Source: Candidatus Pacearchaeota archaeon (GTDB lineage Archaea; Nanobdellota; Nanobdellia; Pacearchaeales; GW2011-AR1). Taken from it: DNA of 64,000 bases. The stretch spans positions 12,201-76,200 of the forward strand of contig JBAZYP010000009.1 in the NCBI GenBank assembly GCA_041659265.1. The letters run 5' to 3'. The notes under the pieces are model-generated. The model did not search any database. It saw only the letters and a list, made by a program, of their open reading frames with translations, and was not told the origin of the DNA. This document shows, in pieces, positions 48,260 through 57,716 of this stretch. The position numbers and the translations under genes were made by a program. Within the stretch, counting starts at the first letter, position 1. Each line of letters opens with the position of its first letter.

Positions 48260-51200
48260 TTGTTTTTGGGACTTATATATATGCATTTTAATAAAAATTC
48301 AAAAGAGGCATTAGATATTGCTAAAAAAGAGATTAGAAAAGCAAAAATAGAAAAATTTGTTTTTTTGTTTTTTTTGTTTTTAACATTAATCTCTTGTTCT
48401 TTTTTAGTAGTTTTTTTATCATCTAAATTAATGATGACTGGATATGCATCTTATATAGAAGGAAGGGCTGGATATATCACTGAATTAAATATAACTCAAA
48501 CATTTATACCTGATTATTGGAGTGGGGTATATGGATTATCTTTAAGGGTTCCAGGTTATTTTAGTCAGATAATAAGAGAAGTTCCTAATTCTGAGATAGT
48601 TGAAGCTCCTTCTTATTTTGATTGTATACAAACAGATGCATTAGGTGGTCCTGAAATTTATGCAACTACCGCATCTTCAATAGATTTTAATTCATTAAGG
48701 CCTGCTACACTTGCAGAATTAGATTCCTATGTCGGATGCAGCGGATCTTTCCAATGTCCGAGTAATACTTTTACCAGTATTAATAGCTATGTCGTTGGAA
48801 CAAATAATATTACAGATGTTCCATCTACTTATACTTATAGATTTGATGGAAATCAAGGAACTTTTGATGTTGGAGCTTTAAATGATTCAGTTAATTTAGT
48901 ATTTGTTAGTCATTTAGCAGCAATTCAAAAGGGTTATAGTTCTACAAAGACAGTAAATTTTCAGATGCTTCTTCCAACATTACCCAACACTACTGTTGAT
49001 TATTATTTTTTTAATGATCCTAATGATGAATGTCCTGCTGGTGGAATTGGGAATAATATTAACGCTTCTGTTTATGGATATTCATTTGATATTTATAATA
49101 ATACTCTTCCTAATGTTACAGTTACTGTTGCAGGGTATAGTGCTGTAACTGACTCTAATGGATTTTATAATTTTTCATTTACAGTTAGTCCTGGAGTTTA
49201 TAATCTTATTGCCCAATTAGCTGGATATGATCCTTATTTTGACAATGTATCTGTAACTTTTTCTGAAAATGTTTTTGAAAGAAATATTACTATGGTAATC
49301 ATTACTCCTGGAATGAATGATACTATTTCCCCTATTGTTGATGGTTTTGTTTGGGATGAATCTTTAATCCCCATATCTGGTGCTAATGTATCTATGTCTG
49401 GAACTTCAAATGTTACCGACTCTAATGGATATTATTCAATATCACCTATAATTTTTCCAGGATTAAGTCCGATTATAGCTATAAATGAGGGCTATAATAA
49501 TTATTTTTATTTTTTAAGTTTTGATGATAACACTACTTATATAAATCATAATATTACCATGACTGTTGCTTCAACTAATTATCAATTTCCAACTGGCCCC
49601 TATACATCTGGCCCTTATACAACTGGCCCTTATCCTCAACAATTTCAACCTCAAATCATTCAAGCTAAGAAGAATGGAGAAGACTTTTGGATAAGCACTA
49701 AAGAAATAAGAAAGGAAGTAAGACAAAATACTTTTGTTGATGAAAAAATAGGTCTTTTTAATTTTAAAACTTCTACAATGAATATGTTATTTTCTTTATC
49801 TCCCAATCTTCAGGATTTTGTTAAAATAGATAAAACATCTGTTGTATTAAATCCTAATTCTTTTGCAGATGTAACTGTTACAATCTATGGAACGAAACCC
49901 CTTGGAGTTTATAATGGGTCTATAACTGTTTCTGGTGATGTGCAACAGACTATTCCTGTTCATATTACTGTTGTTGAAAAAAGATCTTTAGTTGAAGCTT
50001 TATTAATGCAAATAGATGTTTTTAATAAAATAGTAAGGCCTGGAGATACTGTAAAATATAAATTAAGTCTGCAAAATCTTTTAAGAGAACAAGGATATAA
50101 AGTATTTTTAAAAATTTATTTGACAGAATCTAATGGTACTACAATTTATGCTACTGATAATGATGAAGTGGAAATATTAAATTCTTTAACTTTGTTAAAA
50201 GAACTTAAATTGCCAGATAATATAACTGAAGGAGATTATTTATTAAATGTTGATGCAACGTATTTAAATCTTTTTTCAAGTGTAACTGCACCAGTAAAAA
50301 TAACTAAACCAATTTATTTATATTCCTTTTTAGGAATGCCTTTATGGTTATGGTTTTCATTGATTTCTTTCTTTAGTTTTATTTTATTAAATTTTTTAAT
50401 TTATAAATATTATAAAGAAAAGAAGAAGAGATACAAGATATTTTTAGATTACAATACTTTACCAAAACCTGGAACGGGTGTTGTAAGGCTAGGAAATATT
50501 GCTGAAACAAAAGTTCCAGCTTATTATGAACTTGAAAGATTAACAACTCACTGTATTGTTGCTGGGGCTACAGGAATGGGAAAATCAATTTCAGCTCAAG
50601 TTATAATTGAAGAAGCTTTAATGAATAATATCGCAGTAATTGTTATGGATCCAACTGCACAATGGTCTGGAATGTTAAGAAAATGTACTGATAAAAAAAT
50701 GATGTCTTTTTATCCTAAATTTGGATTAAAAGAAACTGATGCAAGAGCCTTTAAGGGAAATGTAAAACAGATAAGAGATGCTAAAGAGATAATTGATATA
50801 ACCAAATACATGACCCCTGGCCAAATACAGATTTTTTCAATGAATAAATTAGATCCAAAGGATATTGATATTTTTGTTGCTAATTTTATTAGACAGATTT
50901 TTAGATCAGATCCTAAAGAATCTCCAACTTTAAAAGTATTACTTGTTTTTGATGAGGTTCATAGACTTTTATCAAAATTCGGAGGAAGTGGAGAAGGATT
51001 CTTGCAAGTAGAAAGATCTTGTAGAGAGTTTAGAAAATGGGGATTAGGAGTAATGTTGATATCTCAAGTCTTAAATGATTTTGTTGGTGAAATTAAAGCA
51101 AATATTAATACAGAAGTTCAAGCAAGAACTCTTGAAGAGTCAGATCTTGATAGAATAAAAACTAAGTATGGGGAAGAATATCTTAAATCATTAGTAAGGG

Positions 51201-52012
51201 CTGAAGTTGGTGTTGCAATGTTTCAAAATGCTGAATATAATAGAGGTAGACCTTATTTTTTGAATTTTAGGCCTATATTACATAATACCAGAAGACTTCC
51301 TGATGAGGAACTTGAAAAGTATAATAAATATAATTTCCAGGTTGAAGATTTAGAATATCAAATCGAACAGCTTGAAAAAGAAAAATTAGATGTTTTTGAT
51401 CTAAAAATGGAATTAAAACTTGTTAAAGATAAGATTATGACTGGAAATTTTTCGGTTGTAGAAATTTATCTTGAAGGATTGGTTCCTAGAGTTGCTAAAG
51501 AATGGGAAAAACTTGGAAAACAACCAAAGAAATTGCAAACTCAATTATTATCTGAAGAAGAAATAAAAAAAGCTATGGAACAAGAGAAAAAAGAAAAAGA
51601 AGCATTAGCTGCAAAAGAAGAAAAGAAAGTTGAAGCAAAACCAATCGAGAAGCCTGTTGAAACTCAGGCAGTTAAACAAACTAATCCTGCTACAAATAAA
51701 ACTTCTGTTAATATTGTTAAACCTAATACTTCTATTCTACAACAAACTACAAAACCAGCAAGTTTAGTTAAACCAAATAATCCTTCTACTCAAAAAGTTA
51801 CAACCGTTATACCAACTAACGCTACAACTAAACCAGTAGTATTAGCTAAACCCGTTATTCCTTCTGCACCAGCAACAAAACCCGCAGTAGTAGTTAAACC
51901 AGCAACTCCTGTTGTTCAAACATCTAAACCAACGGTTATAACTAAACCTGCGGTGCAGTCTGTTCAAACCACTAAACTTGCTGAAACAAAAAAAGAAGAA
52001 GTAAAAAAATAA
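48260..52012 (+). CDS. Membrane-anchored HerA/FtsK-superfamily ATPase with ~600-aa extracellular region (paralog 2)
   Basis: Carboxypeptidase-regulatory-like repeats (YNNTLPNVTVTVAGYSAVTDSNGFYNFSFTVSPGVYNLIA; VDGFVWDESLIPISGANVSMSGTSNVTDSNGYYSIS), TM LGMPLWLWFSLISFFSFILLNFLIY, Walker A GATGMGKS (50564-50587), Walker B LLVFDEVHRLL, Pro/Thr/Lys-rich C-terminal tail. Confidence 0.88.
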   Translation: MFLGLIYMHFNKNSKEALDIAKKEIRKAKIEKFVFLFFLFLTLISCSFLVVFLSSKLMMTGYASYIEGRAGYITELNITQTFIPDYWSGVYGLSLRVPGYFSQIIREVPNSEIVEAPSYFDCIQTDALGGPEIYATTASSIDFNSLRPATLAELDSYVGCSGSFQCPSNTFTSINSYVVGTNNITDVPSTYTYRFDGNQGTFDVGALNDSVNLVFVSHLAAIQKGYSSTKTVNFQMLLPTLPNTTVDYYFFNDPNDECPAGGIGNNINASVYGYSFDIYNNTLPNVTVTVAGYSAVTDSNGFYNFSFTVSPGVYNLIAQLAGYDPYFDNVSVTFSENVFERNITMVIITPGMNDTISPIVDGFVWDESLIPISGANVSMSGTSNVTDSNGYYSISPIIFPGLSPIIAINEGYNNYFYFLSFDDNTTYINHNITMTVASTNYQFPTGPYTSGPYTTGPYPQQFQPQIIQAKKNGEDFWISTKEIRKEVRQNTFVDEKIGLFNFKTSTMNMLFSLSPNLQDFVKIDKTSVVLNPNSFADVTVTIYGTKPLGVYNGSITVSGDVQQTIPVHITVVEKRSLVEALLMQIDVFNKIVRPGDTVKYKLSLQNLLREQGYKVFLKIYLTESNGTTIYATDNDEVEILNSLTLLKELKLPDNITEGDYLLNVDATYLNLFSSVTAPVKITKPIYLYSFLGMPLWLWFSLISFFSFILLNFLIYKYYKEKKKRYKIFLDYNTLPKPGTGVVRLGNIAETKVPAYYELERLTTHCIVAGATGMGKSISAQVIIEEALMNNIAVIVMDPTAQWSGMLRKCTDKKMMSFYPKFGLKETDARAFKGNVKQIRDAKEIIDITKYMTPGQIQIFSMNKLDPKDIDIFVANFIRQIFRSDPKESPTLKVLLVFDEVHRLLSKFGGSGEGFLQVERSCREFRKWGLGVMLISQVLNDFVGEIKANINTEVQARTLEESDLDRIKTKYGEEYLKSLVRAEVGVAMFQNAEYNRGRPYFLNFRPILHNTRRLPDEELEKYNKYNFQVEDLEYQIEQLEKEKLDVFDLKMELKLVKDKIMTGNFSVVEIYLEGLVPRVAKEWEKLGKQPKKLQTQLLSEEEIKKAMEQEKKEKEALAAKEEKKVEAKPIEKPVETQAVKQTNPATNKTSVNIVKPNTSILQQTTKPASLVKPNNPSTQKVTTVIPTNATTKPVVLAKPVIPSAPATKPAVVVKPATPVVQTSKPTVITKPAVQSVQTTKLAETKKEEVKK

Positions 52013-52074
52013 TTTAACTAATTTAATAATATCTTAAAATACTAACTATTATAAATGAAAAATGCTTTTATTAA

Positions 52075-52419
52075 TTGATGATAATAAGAACTGAGTATGG
52101 TCAACTTAATAAAATAGCTAAGGAAATAGTTGAAAAAAGAATATTAAAGAAATTAGAAAAGATATGTGACAAGAAAGAAAGACTGGAAATGCTCAAGTAC
52201 ACACTAAAATCAACAATAGACTTAAAATATATAGAAATATTAAGAAAAATAAAAAAACTGGAAAAACAAAAAAAAGATATTTTTTTTATAGAGGTAAAAT
52301 CAGAGTTATTGGCTTCAAAAATAAGGATTTTTAATGCTACCTTTAATAAAAAAGATTTTTATAATGTTTTAACTATGTTTAATGATATAGAAAAAGAGAT
52401 GAACGATGTTTGGGTTTAA
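52075..52419 (+). CDS. Small helical protein in the ATPase 2 locus
   Basis: 114 aa, all-helical and charged; overlaps the next start. Confidence 0.5.
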   Translation: MMIIRTEYGQLNKIAKEIVEKRILKKLEKICDKKERLEMLKYTLKSTIDLKYIEILRKIKKLEKQKKDIFFIEVKSELLASKIRIFNATFNKKDFYNVLTMFNDIEKEMNDVWV

Positions 52420-53263
52420 GAAAAAAGATAATGCAAATGCAGATACTCAGAATGCTGTAGCTGCTGCTGAAAAAGAAGAAGCAGAAGCTGCAAAACAAGA
52501 GGCTGCTGAAAAAAAAGTTACTGCTGTAAGTGAAAGTGCGTCTTCTGATGTAGTTAGACTTGCTTCTGAAATTGATAGATTAAAAGCGAGTGTTGAAAGT
52601 TTTAATGAAGTGAGAAAATCTTTTACTGAAAGATTTTCAAGAACTAGTGAACAGATTGGTGAACTAAGGGCAATGATTCTAGAAAGAGATAAATCTATCC
52701 AGGAGATAGAACTTAAATCAATAAAAGCTTATGATCTTGTTGAATCAGTTCATCCTGAAAAAATCATGACTGAAGTACAAAAACAAGATGCAAAATCTGA
52801 GGCATTAAAAGCAAATCTTGAAGGAAATGAGGCTATTATGGGTAGAATCATGGAAGAATTAAAAGAAACAAAAAGGAAAATAGAATTTTTTAGGGGAATA
52901 GAAGAAATTGTGAAATTAAGTGAAGAAATAAAGCAAGAATTAATTGAAATAAAGAAAATAGAATCAAGAATAAGCATTAATACTGATAAAGTAGATACTA
53001 TTTATTCAGAAGTTAGGAAGAAATTCCAAGATATTGATACTTTTAATTCAGAGTTACAGGAAATGAAGGTTTTGCAAGAACAGTCATCAAAGGATGTTAA
53101 TTTCCTTAAAGATAAAGTTTCTAATATGGTTGAAAAAGAAGAATTAAACAATCTTGTAAATAAGGTTCAGAGGTATATTGATACTTTAAAGGAATTAGAG
53201 AAGAATTCTTCATTAACAAAAGATATTGCTACACTAAAAACTATTCTTGATAGTCTTAAATAA
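52406..53263 (+). CDS. Long coiled-coil protein, reminiscent of archaellum accessory FlaC/ArlC-like proteins
   Basis: MFGFKKKDN..., SEIDRLKASVESFNEVRKSFTERFSRTSEQIGELRAMI and subsequent heptad-rich sequence. The family link is tentative. Confidence 0.6.
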   Translation: MFGFKKKDNANADTQNAVAAAEKEEAEAAKQEAAEKKVTAVSESASSDVVRLASEIDRLKASVESFNEVRKSFTERFSRTSEQIGELRAMILERDKSIQEIELKSIKAYDLVESVHPEKIMTEVQKQDAKSEALKANLEGNEAIMGRIMEELKETKRKIEFFRGIEEIVKLSEEIKQELIEIKKIESRISINTDKVDTIYSEVRKKFQDIDTFNSELQEMKVLQEQSSKDVNFLKDKVSNMVEKEELNNLVNKVQRYIDTLKELEKNSSLTKDIATLKTILDSLK

Positions 53264-53456
53264 TTTTATATTTTTTTATAATAATTTGTTATAAATAAGT
53301 GTACGAATTTTTAAATTTTATTTTTTCCTTTATTTTTAATTATTTTATTTTTATTCTATATATTTTTATAATTTATATTATATTTTATGTACATATTGTT
53401 TTAAATTATCCGTTATAAATAATAAGATTTAAAAACAAGGAAATATTATATTATTC

Positions 53457-53669
53457 ATGGTTATAAGTGAAAGTGAACTAAAAAATATCCTTAAAACAAG
53501 AACGAATATAGAGAAATCTACAACTATTAGCAGTGATGGAAAAAATCTTCTTACAAGAATACCTAAGGAAATTGCAGATTTTTTAGAAATTGAAAAGGGA
53601 TATAAGATAAAATGGAATATAACCAGAAATAAAAAAATAAAAATGGAGATAGTTGCAAATGAAATCTAA
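53457..53669 (+). CDS. AbrB/SpoVT-like small DNA-binding protein candidate
   Basis: STTISSDGKNLLTRIPKEIADFLEIEKGYKIKWNITRNKKIKMEIV. Confidence 0.6.
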   Translation: MVISESELKNILKTRTNIEKSTTISSDGKNLLTRIPKEIADFLEIEKGYKIKWNITRNKKIKMEIVANEI

Positions 53670-53961
53670 ATTTAATAAAATAAGATTAGATGGAATTGAT
53701 AAAGATATTTTAAGAATTCTTTATTCTAGAAGACCTTTAGTAACATTAAAAATAGCCAAATATGCAAAACTTTCTAGTCCTACTGTTTCTGCTAGATTAT
53801 CTAATCTTGAAAAATTAGGGATAGTAAAAAAAGCCAGAATAAATAAAATAAGAAAGTTTGAAAGAACTTTTGGGGATAATCTTATCAAGATAAAATCAGC
53901 AAGTAGGATTTATTGGGACCTTGATTTAGAAGATAAAAATGGGGGCAATAAAAATGAATAA
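53653..53961 (+). CDS. Lrp/AsnC-type helix-turn-helix protein
   Basis: IRLDGIDKDILRILYSRRPLVTLKIAKYAKLSSPTVSARLSNLEKLGIVKKARI. Confidence 0.8.
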   Translation: MQMKSKFNKIRLDGIDKDILRILYSRRPLVTLKIAKYAKLSSPTVSARLSNLEKLGIVKKARINKIRKFERTFGDNLIKIKSASRIYWDLDLEDKNGGNKNE

Positions 53962-54724
53962 TAAATTTATTATTATCATAATATTTTCTTTAATATCTCT
54001 ATTCTTTTTGGAAAGTATAATTGCAATATCTCCAAGTGGTGGAGAGATAATTGGAATAAAAAATGAAACTGCTCCTTCTGGATCTCCAACTTCTGCGCAA
54101 GCTGTTGCTGGAAATGTAACCGAACTTAATATATTCGGATTTTCAACCACTCAAACTTGGCAAGGCTATTTTGGAAATATTAGTGGAACAATCCAACTCG
54201 CAGATGGATCAGGTAGAGCTATGTATAATTGGAGCGCAACTAACCCTGAAGGGGAGGTATTTGCATCATTAAATGATAGTCTTATTTGGACAAATTTAGC
54301 ATGCTTTAATTTTTCTTCAGATGGAAGTTTTACTGATGATAGTCTTCAATCTGGAAATACTAGTTTATATGGGATGAATCTTACCCAATTAGAATCTGAT
54401 TTTGGAATAGAACCGAATGATGTTGATGGGGTTAATGAAACATTTATTTTTCAAGATCATCCTTTATTTTATGTGAATAATTTAATGTTTAGCCAGGGAG
54501 AATGCAGAAATACTAGAATTTATAATAGTACTGGACAAGGGGCTTTTGATGAGGTATTATTGTATTCTCCAGATAATCGTGCAGTAGTATTTGCTTCAAT
54601 ATTAAGAGATAATGCAATAGGTTTTGATGGAAGAGAATATGATTTTGAGATGCTTGTTTTAGAAGATGGTCATGGGGAAGATGTATCCACTTCAACTTAT
54701 TATTTTTACTTAGAGCTTGAGTAA
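53954..54724 (+). CDS. Secreted beta-rich protein, paralog A
   Basis: Signal peptide then GNVTELNIFGFSTTQTWQGYFGNISGTIQLADGSGRAMYNWSATNPEGEV...; start ATG 53954 overlaps the HTH gene. Confidence 0.7.
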   Translation: MNNKFIIIIIFSLISLFFLESIIAISPSGGEIIGIKNETAPSGSPTSAQAVAGNVTELNIFGFSTTQTWQGYFGNISGTIQLADGSGRAMYNWSATNPEGEVFASLNDSLIWTNLACFNFSSDGSFTDDSLQSGNTSLYGMNLTQLESDFGIEPNDVDGVNETFIFQDHPLFYVNNLMFSQGECRNTRIYNSTGQGAFDEVLLYSPDNRAVVFASILRDNAIGFDGREYDFEMLVLEDGHGEDVSTSTYYFYLELE

Positions 54725-54992
54725 ATTTAATTTTTATATCTAAATTTTAATTTTTTTTATTTGAATTGCAAGTTTTTTTTATTTTTAGGTTTTTTAACCC
54801 TTAAAAAAGCAATTTATATCTATTTTAGTAATTAATTAAATAGTATATTAAATTTAAAAGAATTATAATTTTATTTTAATTATAATTTTAATGAGTTATT
54901 TACTTTTAAAGCTTTAATTAATTAATTAAACATAATATTTAAATAGTCTTGATATTTATTTACTTAAAAGAGGTATAATAAAGAAATAAGTC

Positions 54993-55604
54993 ATGGATTT
55001 TGACCTGTTCTTGACTTCCCCTAGGTGGGAAATCTTGCAAATAATAGCCGAAAGGCCTTCGTCTCCTGTAGAGATTGCTGAAAAACTTAAGACAACGGTA
55101 TCTTATGTCAGTCAGCAACTTAAATTGCTTGATGCTGCTAATCTGCTTTCCAAAGAGAAGACTGGTGCTGCTGAAAAAGGCAAACCAAGAACACTTTTTA
55201 GCCTTTCTAATGAATTATTTTATTTAACTGTTTTAACAAAGCAATTTTCTAAAAAGAAACTTTTTAAATTAGATGAACACCATAAAAATATTTTAAAAAT
55301 TTGGTTAATTGAAGATAATACTATTCATCATTTAATAGAAAAGTTATATTGGAAACTTCAAGAGGAAATTTCCGATATAGAAGGAATTTTCATTGATAAT
55401 ATCAATTTTAAGCCAAAAATTATTATTCTCTCTGAATCAAAAAAAGTAAAATTAAAGATAGATTCTTATATTGAAGATGAAGGAAAAAGGCTAGATCTTA
55501 ATATTATTTCTTCAAATACCTTTAAAAAATATTTTTCTGAAAAACTAATTTCATTACATGATCCAACTAAATTATTGGAAAAGTTGAAAGGAGGTTTGAT
55601 TTGA
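54993..55604 (+). CDS. ArsR/MarR-type winged-helix regulator with ~100-aa C-terminal domain
   Basis: LTSPRWEILQIIAERPSSPVEIAEKLKTTVSYVSQQLKLLDAANLLSKEKTG...GKPRTLFSLSNELFYL. Confidence 0.85.
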   Translation: MDFDLFLTSPRWEILQIIAERPSSPVEIAEKLKTTVSYVSQQLKLLDAANLLSKEKTGAAEKGKPRTLFSLSNELFYLTVLTKQFSKKKLFKLDEHHKNILKIWLIEDNTIHHLIEKLYWKLQEEISDIEGIFIDNINFKPKIIILSESKKVKLKIDSYIEDEGKRLDLNIISSNTFKKYFSEKLISLHDPTKLLEKLKGGLI

Positions 55605-55608
55605 ATAG

Positions 55609-56391
55609 ATGGTTAACAAATTTTTAGTGAGTTCTAGACTAAGATTATTTTTGGTCTTAATTTCATGTGTTTTGTCTGTAAATATGATTTTGGCAGTTCC
55701 TTCAGGAAGTCAGATTACTGGTTTAACCAATTCATCTGCTGCTACTATTGCACCTGATTGGGATAATGCAATTGCAGGAAATGTTAGTGAATTAACTTTA
55801 TATGGTGATTCTGTAACTCAATCTTGGCAAGGTTATTTTGGAAATGTAACAGGAGCAATAAGACTAGCTGATGGATCTGGAAATGTAATGTATAATTGGA
55901 GTTTAACTAATCCTAGTGGAGAAATATATTCTTCATTTAATGATTCCATAATCTGGACAAATATACAATGTTTTAATTATACTGCTGCAGGAACTTTTGC
56001 AGATGATTCAGGACAAGCTGGTGCTACAAGCAGATTTGGTATGAATTTAACACAATTAGAAGGTTTATTTAATATAACTTCAACAGATGTTGACGGAGTA
56101 GATGAAACTTTTAGTTTAAACAGTCATGTTGCATTCTATACTAATAGCAAGCAATTTTCAGCAGGAGAATGTAACAATTCCAAAATATTCACTCAAAATG
56201 GAACTGGATATTTTGATGAAGTATTGTTGTATTCACCAGATACACAAGTAGTTGTATTTACATCAATATTAAAGAGCGATGCTTTAGGTTTTGATGGGGC
56301 TAAACATGATTTTGAGATGTTAGTCTTAGAGGATGGAAGAGATGGTAATAGTGCATTAACGCCATATTACTTTTATTTAGAACTTCAATAA
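55609..56391 (+). CDS. Secreted beta-rich protein, paralog B
   Basis: GNVSELTLYGDSVTQSWQGYFGNVTGAIRLADGSGNVMYNWSLTNPSGEIYSSFNDSIIW...FYLELQ, closely matches paralog A. Confidence 0.7.
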   Translation: MVNKFLVSSRLRLFLVLISCVLSVNMILAVPSGSQITGLTNSSAATIAPDWDNAIAGNVSELTLYGDSVTQSWQGYFGNVTGAIRLADGSGNVMYNWSLTNPSGEIYSSFNDSIIWTNIQCFNYTAAGTFADDSGQAGATSRFGMNLTQLEGLFNITSTDVDGVDETFSLNSHVAFYTNSKQFSAGECNNSKIFTQNGTGYFDEVLLYSPDTQVVVFTSILKSDALGFDGAKHDFEMLVLEDGRDGNSALTPYYFYLELQ

Positions 56392-56462
56392 TTTATTTTT
56401 TTTATTTTTTTTATTAAGTTTATTTTTTTAGATGCAAGAAAAAAAGAAAGGGAGAAAAAGAA

Positions 56463-57716
56463 ATGATAATTGAAAATAGAATTAGAAAAGATAAAAAGAA
56501 ATGTAAATTTTTTTTTAAATCTAAATATATAAATATTATATTTATAATATTAGTCATACTTACAAATAATATTTTAATTACAGCAACTATAATCGGAATA
56601 AGTCCGGCTTCTGTAGGTATGACAAAAGTATTACGTGGAGGATATGCAGAAAGAAATATTGTTGTTTCTACAGATAGTGTTGAACCAATTTTAATCAAAT
56701 TAACTCAAAGAGGAGATACTAATGGTTGGATAAATTATTCAGATGATAATTTTAGCATATCTAAAGATTCTCCTTATGTACTTAAGATGATTATTCTTCC
56801 TCCCCTGGATCAGAGTAATGGAAATTATTCTGGTTTTTTGACTTTTTCTTCAAGCCCATTTGGAAAGGGAAGAGAAGGCCAGGCAGTAGGAGTAATACGA
56901 TCTACATTAGATTTGGCTCTTGATTTTGAAATAATTGATACAGAAATTATGGATTGCTCTGCTAAAAATTTTATAGTCGAATCTGCAGAAAAAGGAGATG
57001 ATATTATCTTTAATCTTGTAGTAATAAATAATGGAAATATTCGATTTAAACCTAATTTGAATATAAAAATATGGGATATAGATCAGATTGAAATAAAAAA
57101 AGAAGAAAATATTTTAGGTCAAGAAATATTACCTACGACTGCTGATAATTATAGCGCAAGGGTTAAATCTGATGAGCTTGAAGTTGGTCAATATTTTGCT
57201 GAAATATCTATAGATGAGTGTTACTCTTCACAGCTTTTAACATTTGATATATTAACTCCTGGTGCATTAAAGGCTGATGGGTCTTTACTTGGAATAATAC
57301 TTTCAAGACAAGGTTATGTTGGAGAGAGGGTTCCTATACGAGTTAGTTTTAAAAATACTGGACAAAAAGATGTTTCAGCACAATTTGATGGAAAAATCGT
57401 TCTTGATGGCAAGACTATCCAAAAATTAGATAGTCAAAAAATAGGAGTATCAATTTCACAGACAAAAGATTTTAATTTTGAATTTCAACCTGAAAAACCT
57501 GGAAAATATATAATTAGCGGAAAAGTTTATTATAGTGGTAAGAAGACTTTTGAATCTAGTGCTAGTATAGATATAATTGATAAAACTTCCAAGAAATCTA
57601 ATTTATTCATTTATCTAATTTATTTAGCATTAATATTTTTTATTGTAGTTTTATTTTATAAGATAAATAAAGAAAGAAGAATCTATAATCATAATTTAAA
57701 GAGGTTAAGAAGATGA
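56463..57716 (+). CDS. Membrane-anchored protein with Ig/CARDB-like ectodomain
   Basis: TM near the N-terminus, IGISPASVGMTKVLRGGYAERNIVVSTDS, VGERVPIRVSFKNTGQKDVSAQFDGKI, C-terminal TM and short basic tail. Confidence 0.65.
   Translation: MIIENRIRKDKKKCKFFFKSKYINIIFIILVILTNNILITATIIGISPASVGMTKVLRGGYAERNIVVSTDSVEPILIKLTQRGDTNGWINYSDDNFSISKDSPYVLKMIILPPLDQSNGNYSGFLTFSSSPFGKGREGQAVGVIRSTLDLALDFEIIDTEIMDCSAKNFIVESAEKGDDIIFNLVVINNGNIRFKPNLNIKIWDIDQIEIKKEENILGQEILPTTADNYSARVKSDELEVGQYFAEISIDECYSSQLLTFDILTPGALKADGSLLGIILSRQGYVGERVPIRVSFKNTGQKDVSAQFDGKIVLDGKTIQKLDSQKIGVSISQTKDFNFEFQPEKPGKYIISGKVYYSGKKTFESSASIDIIDKTSKKSNLFIYLIYLALIFFIVVLFYKINKERRIYNHNLKRLRR

Noticed and set aside
37917-52012. Canonical HerA-NurA end-resection operon
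   Set aside because: Both ATPases are membrane anchored with ectodomains and no NurA nuclease gene is nearby; RadA is 30 kb away.
52406-53263. Archaellum operon
   Set aside because: The coiled-coil protein is only vaguely FlaC/ArlC-like; no ArlH, ArlI or ArlJ gene occurs in the window.
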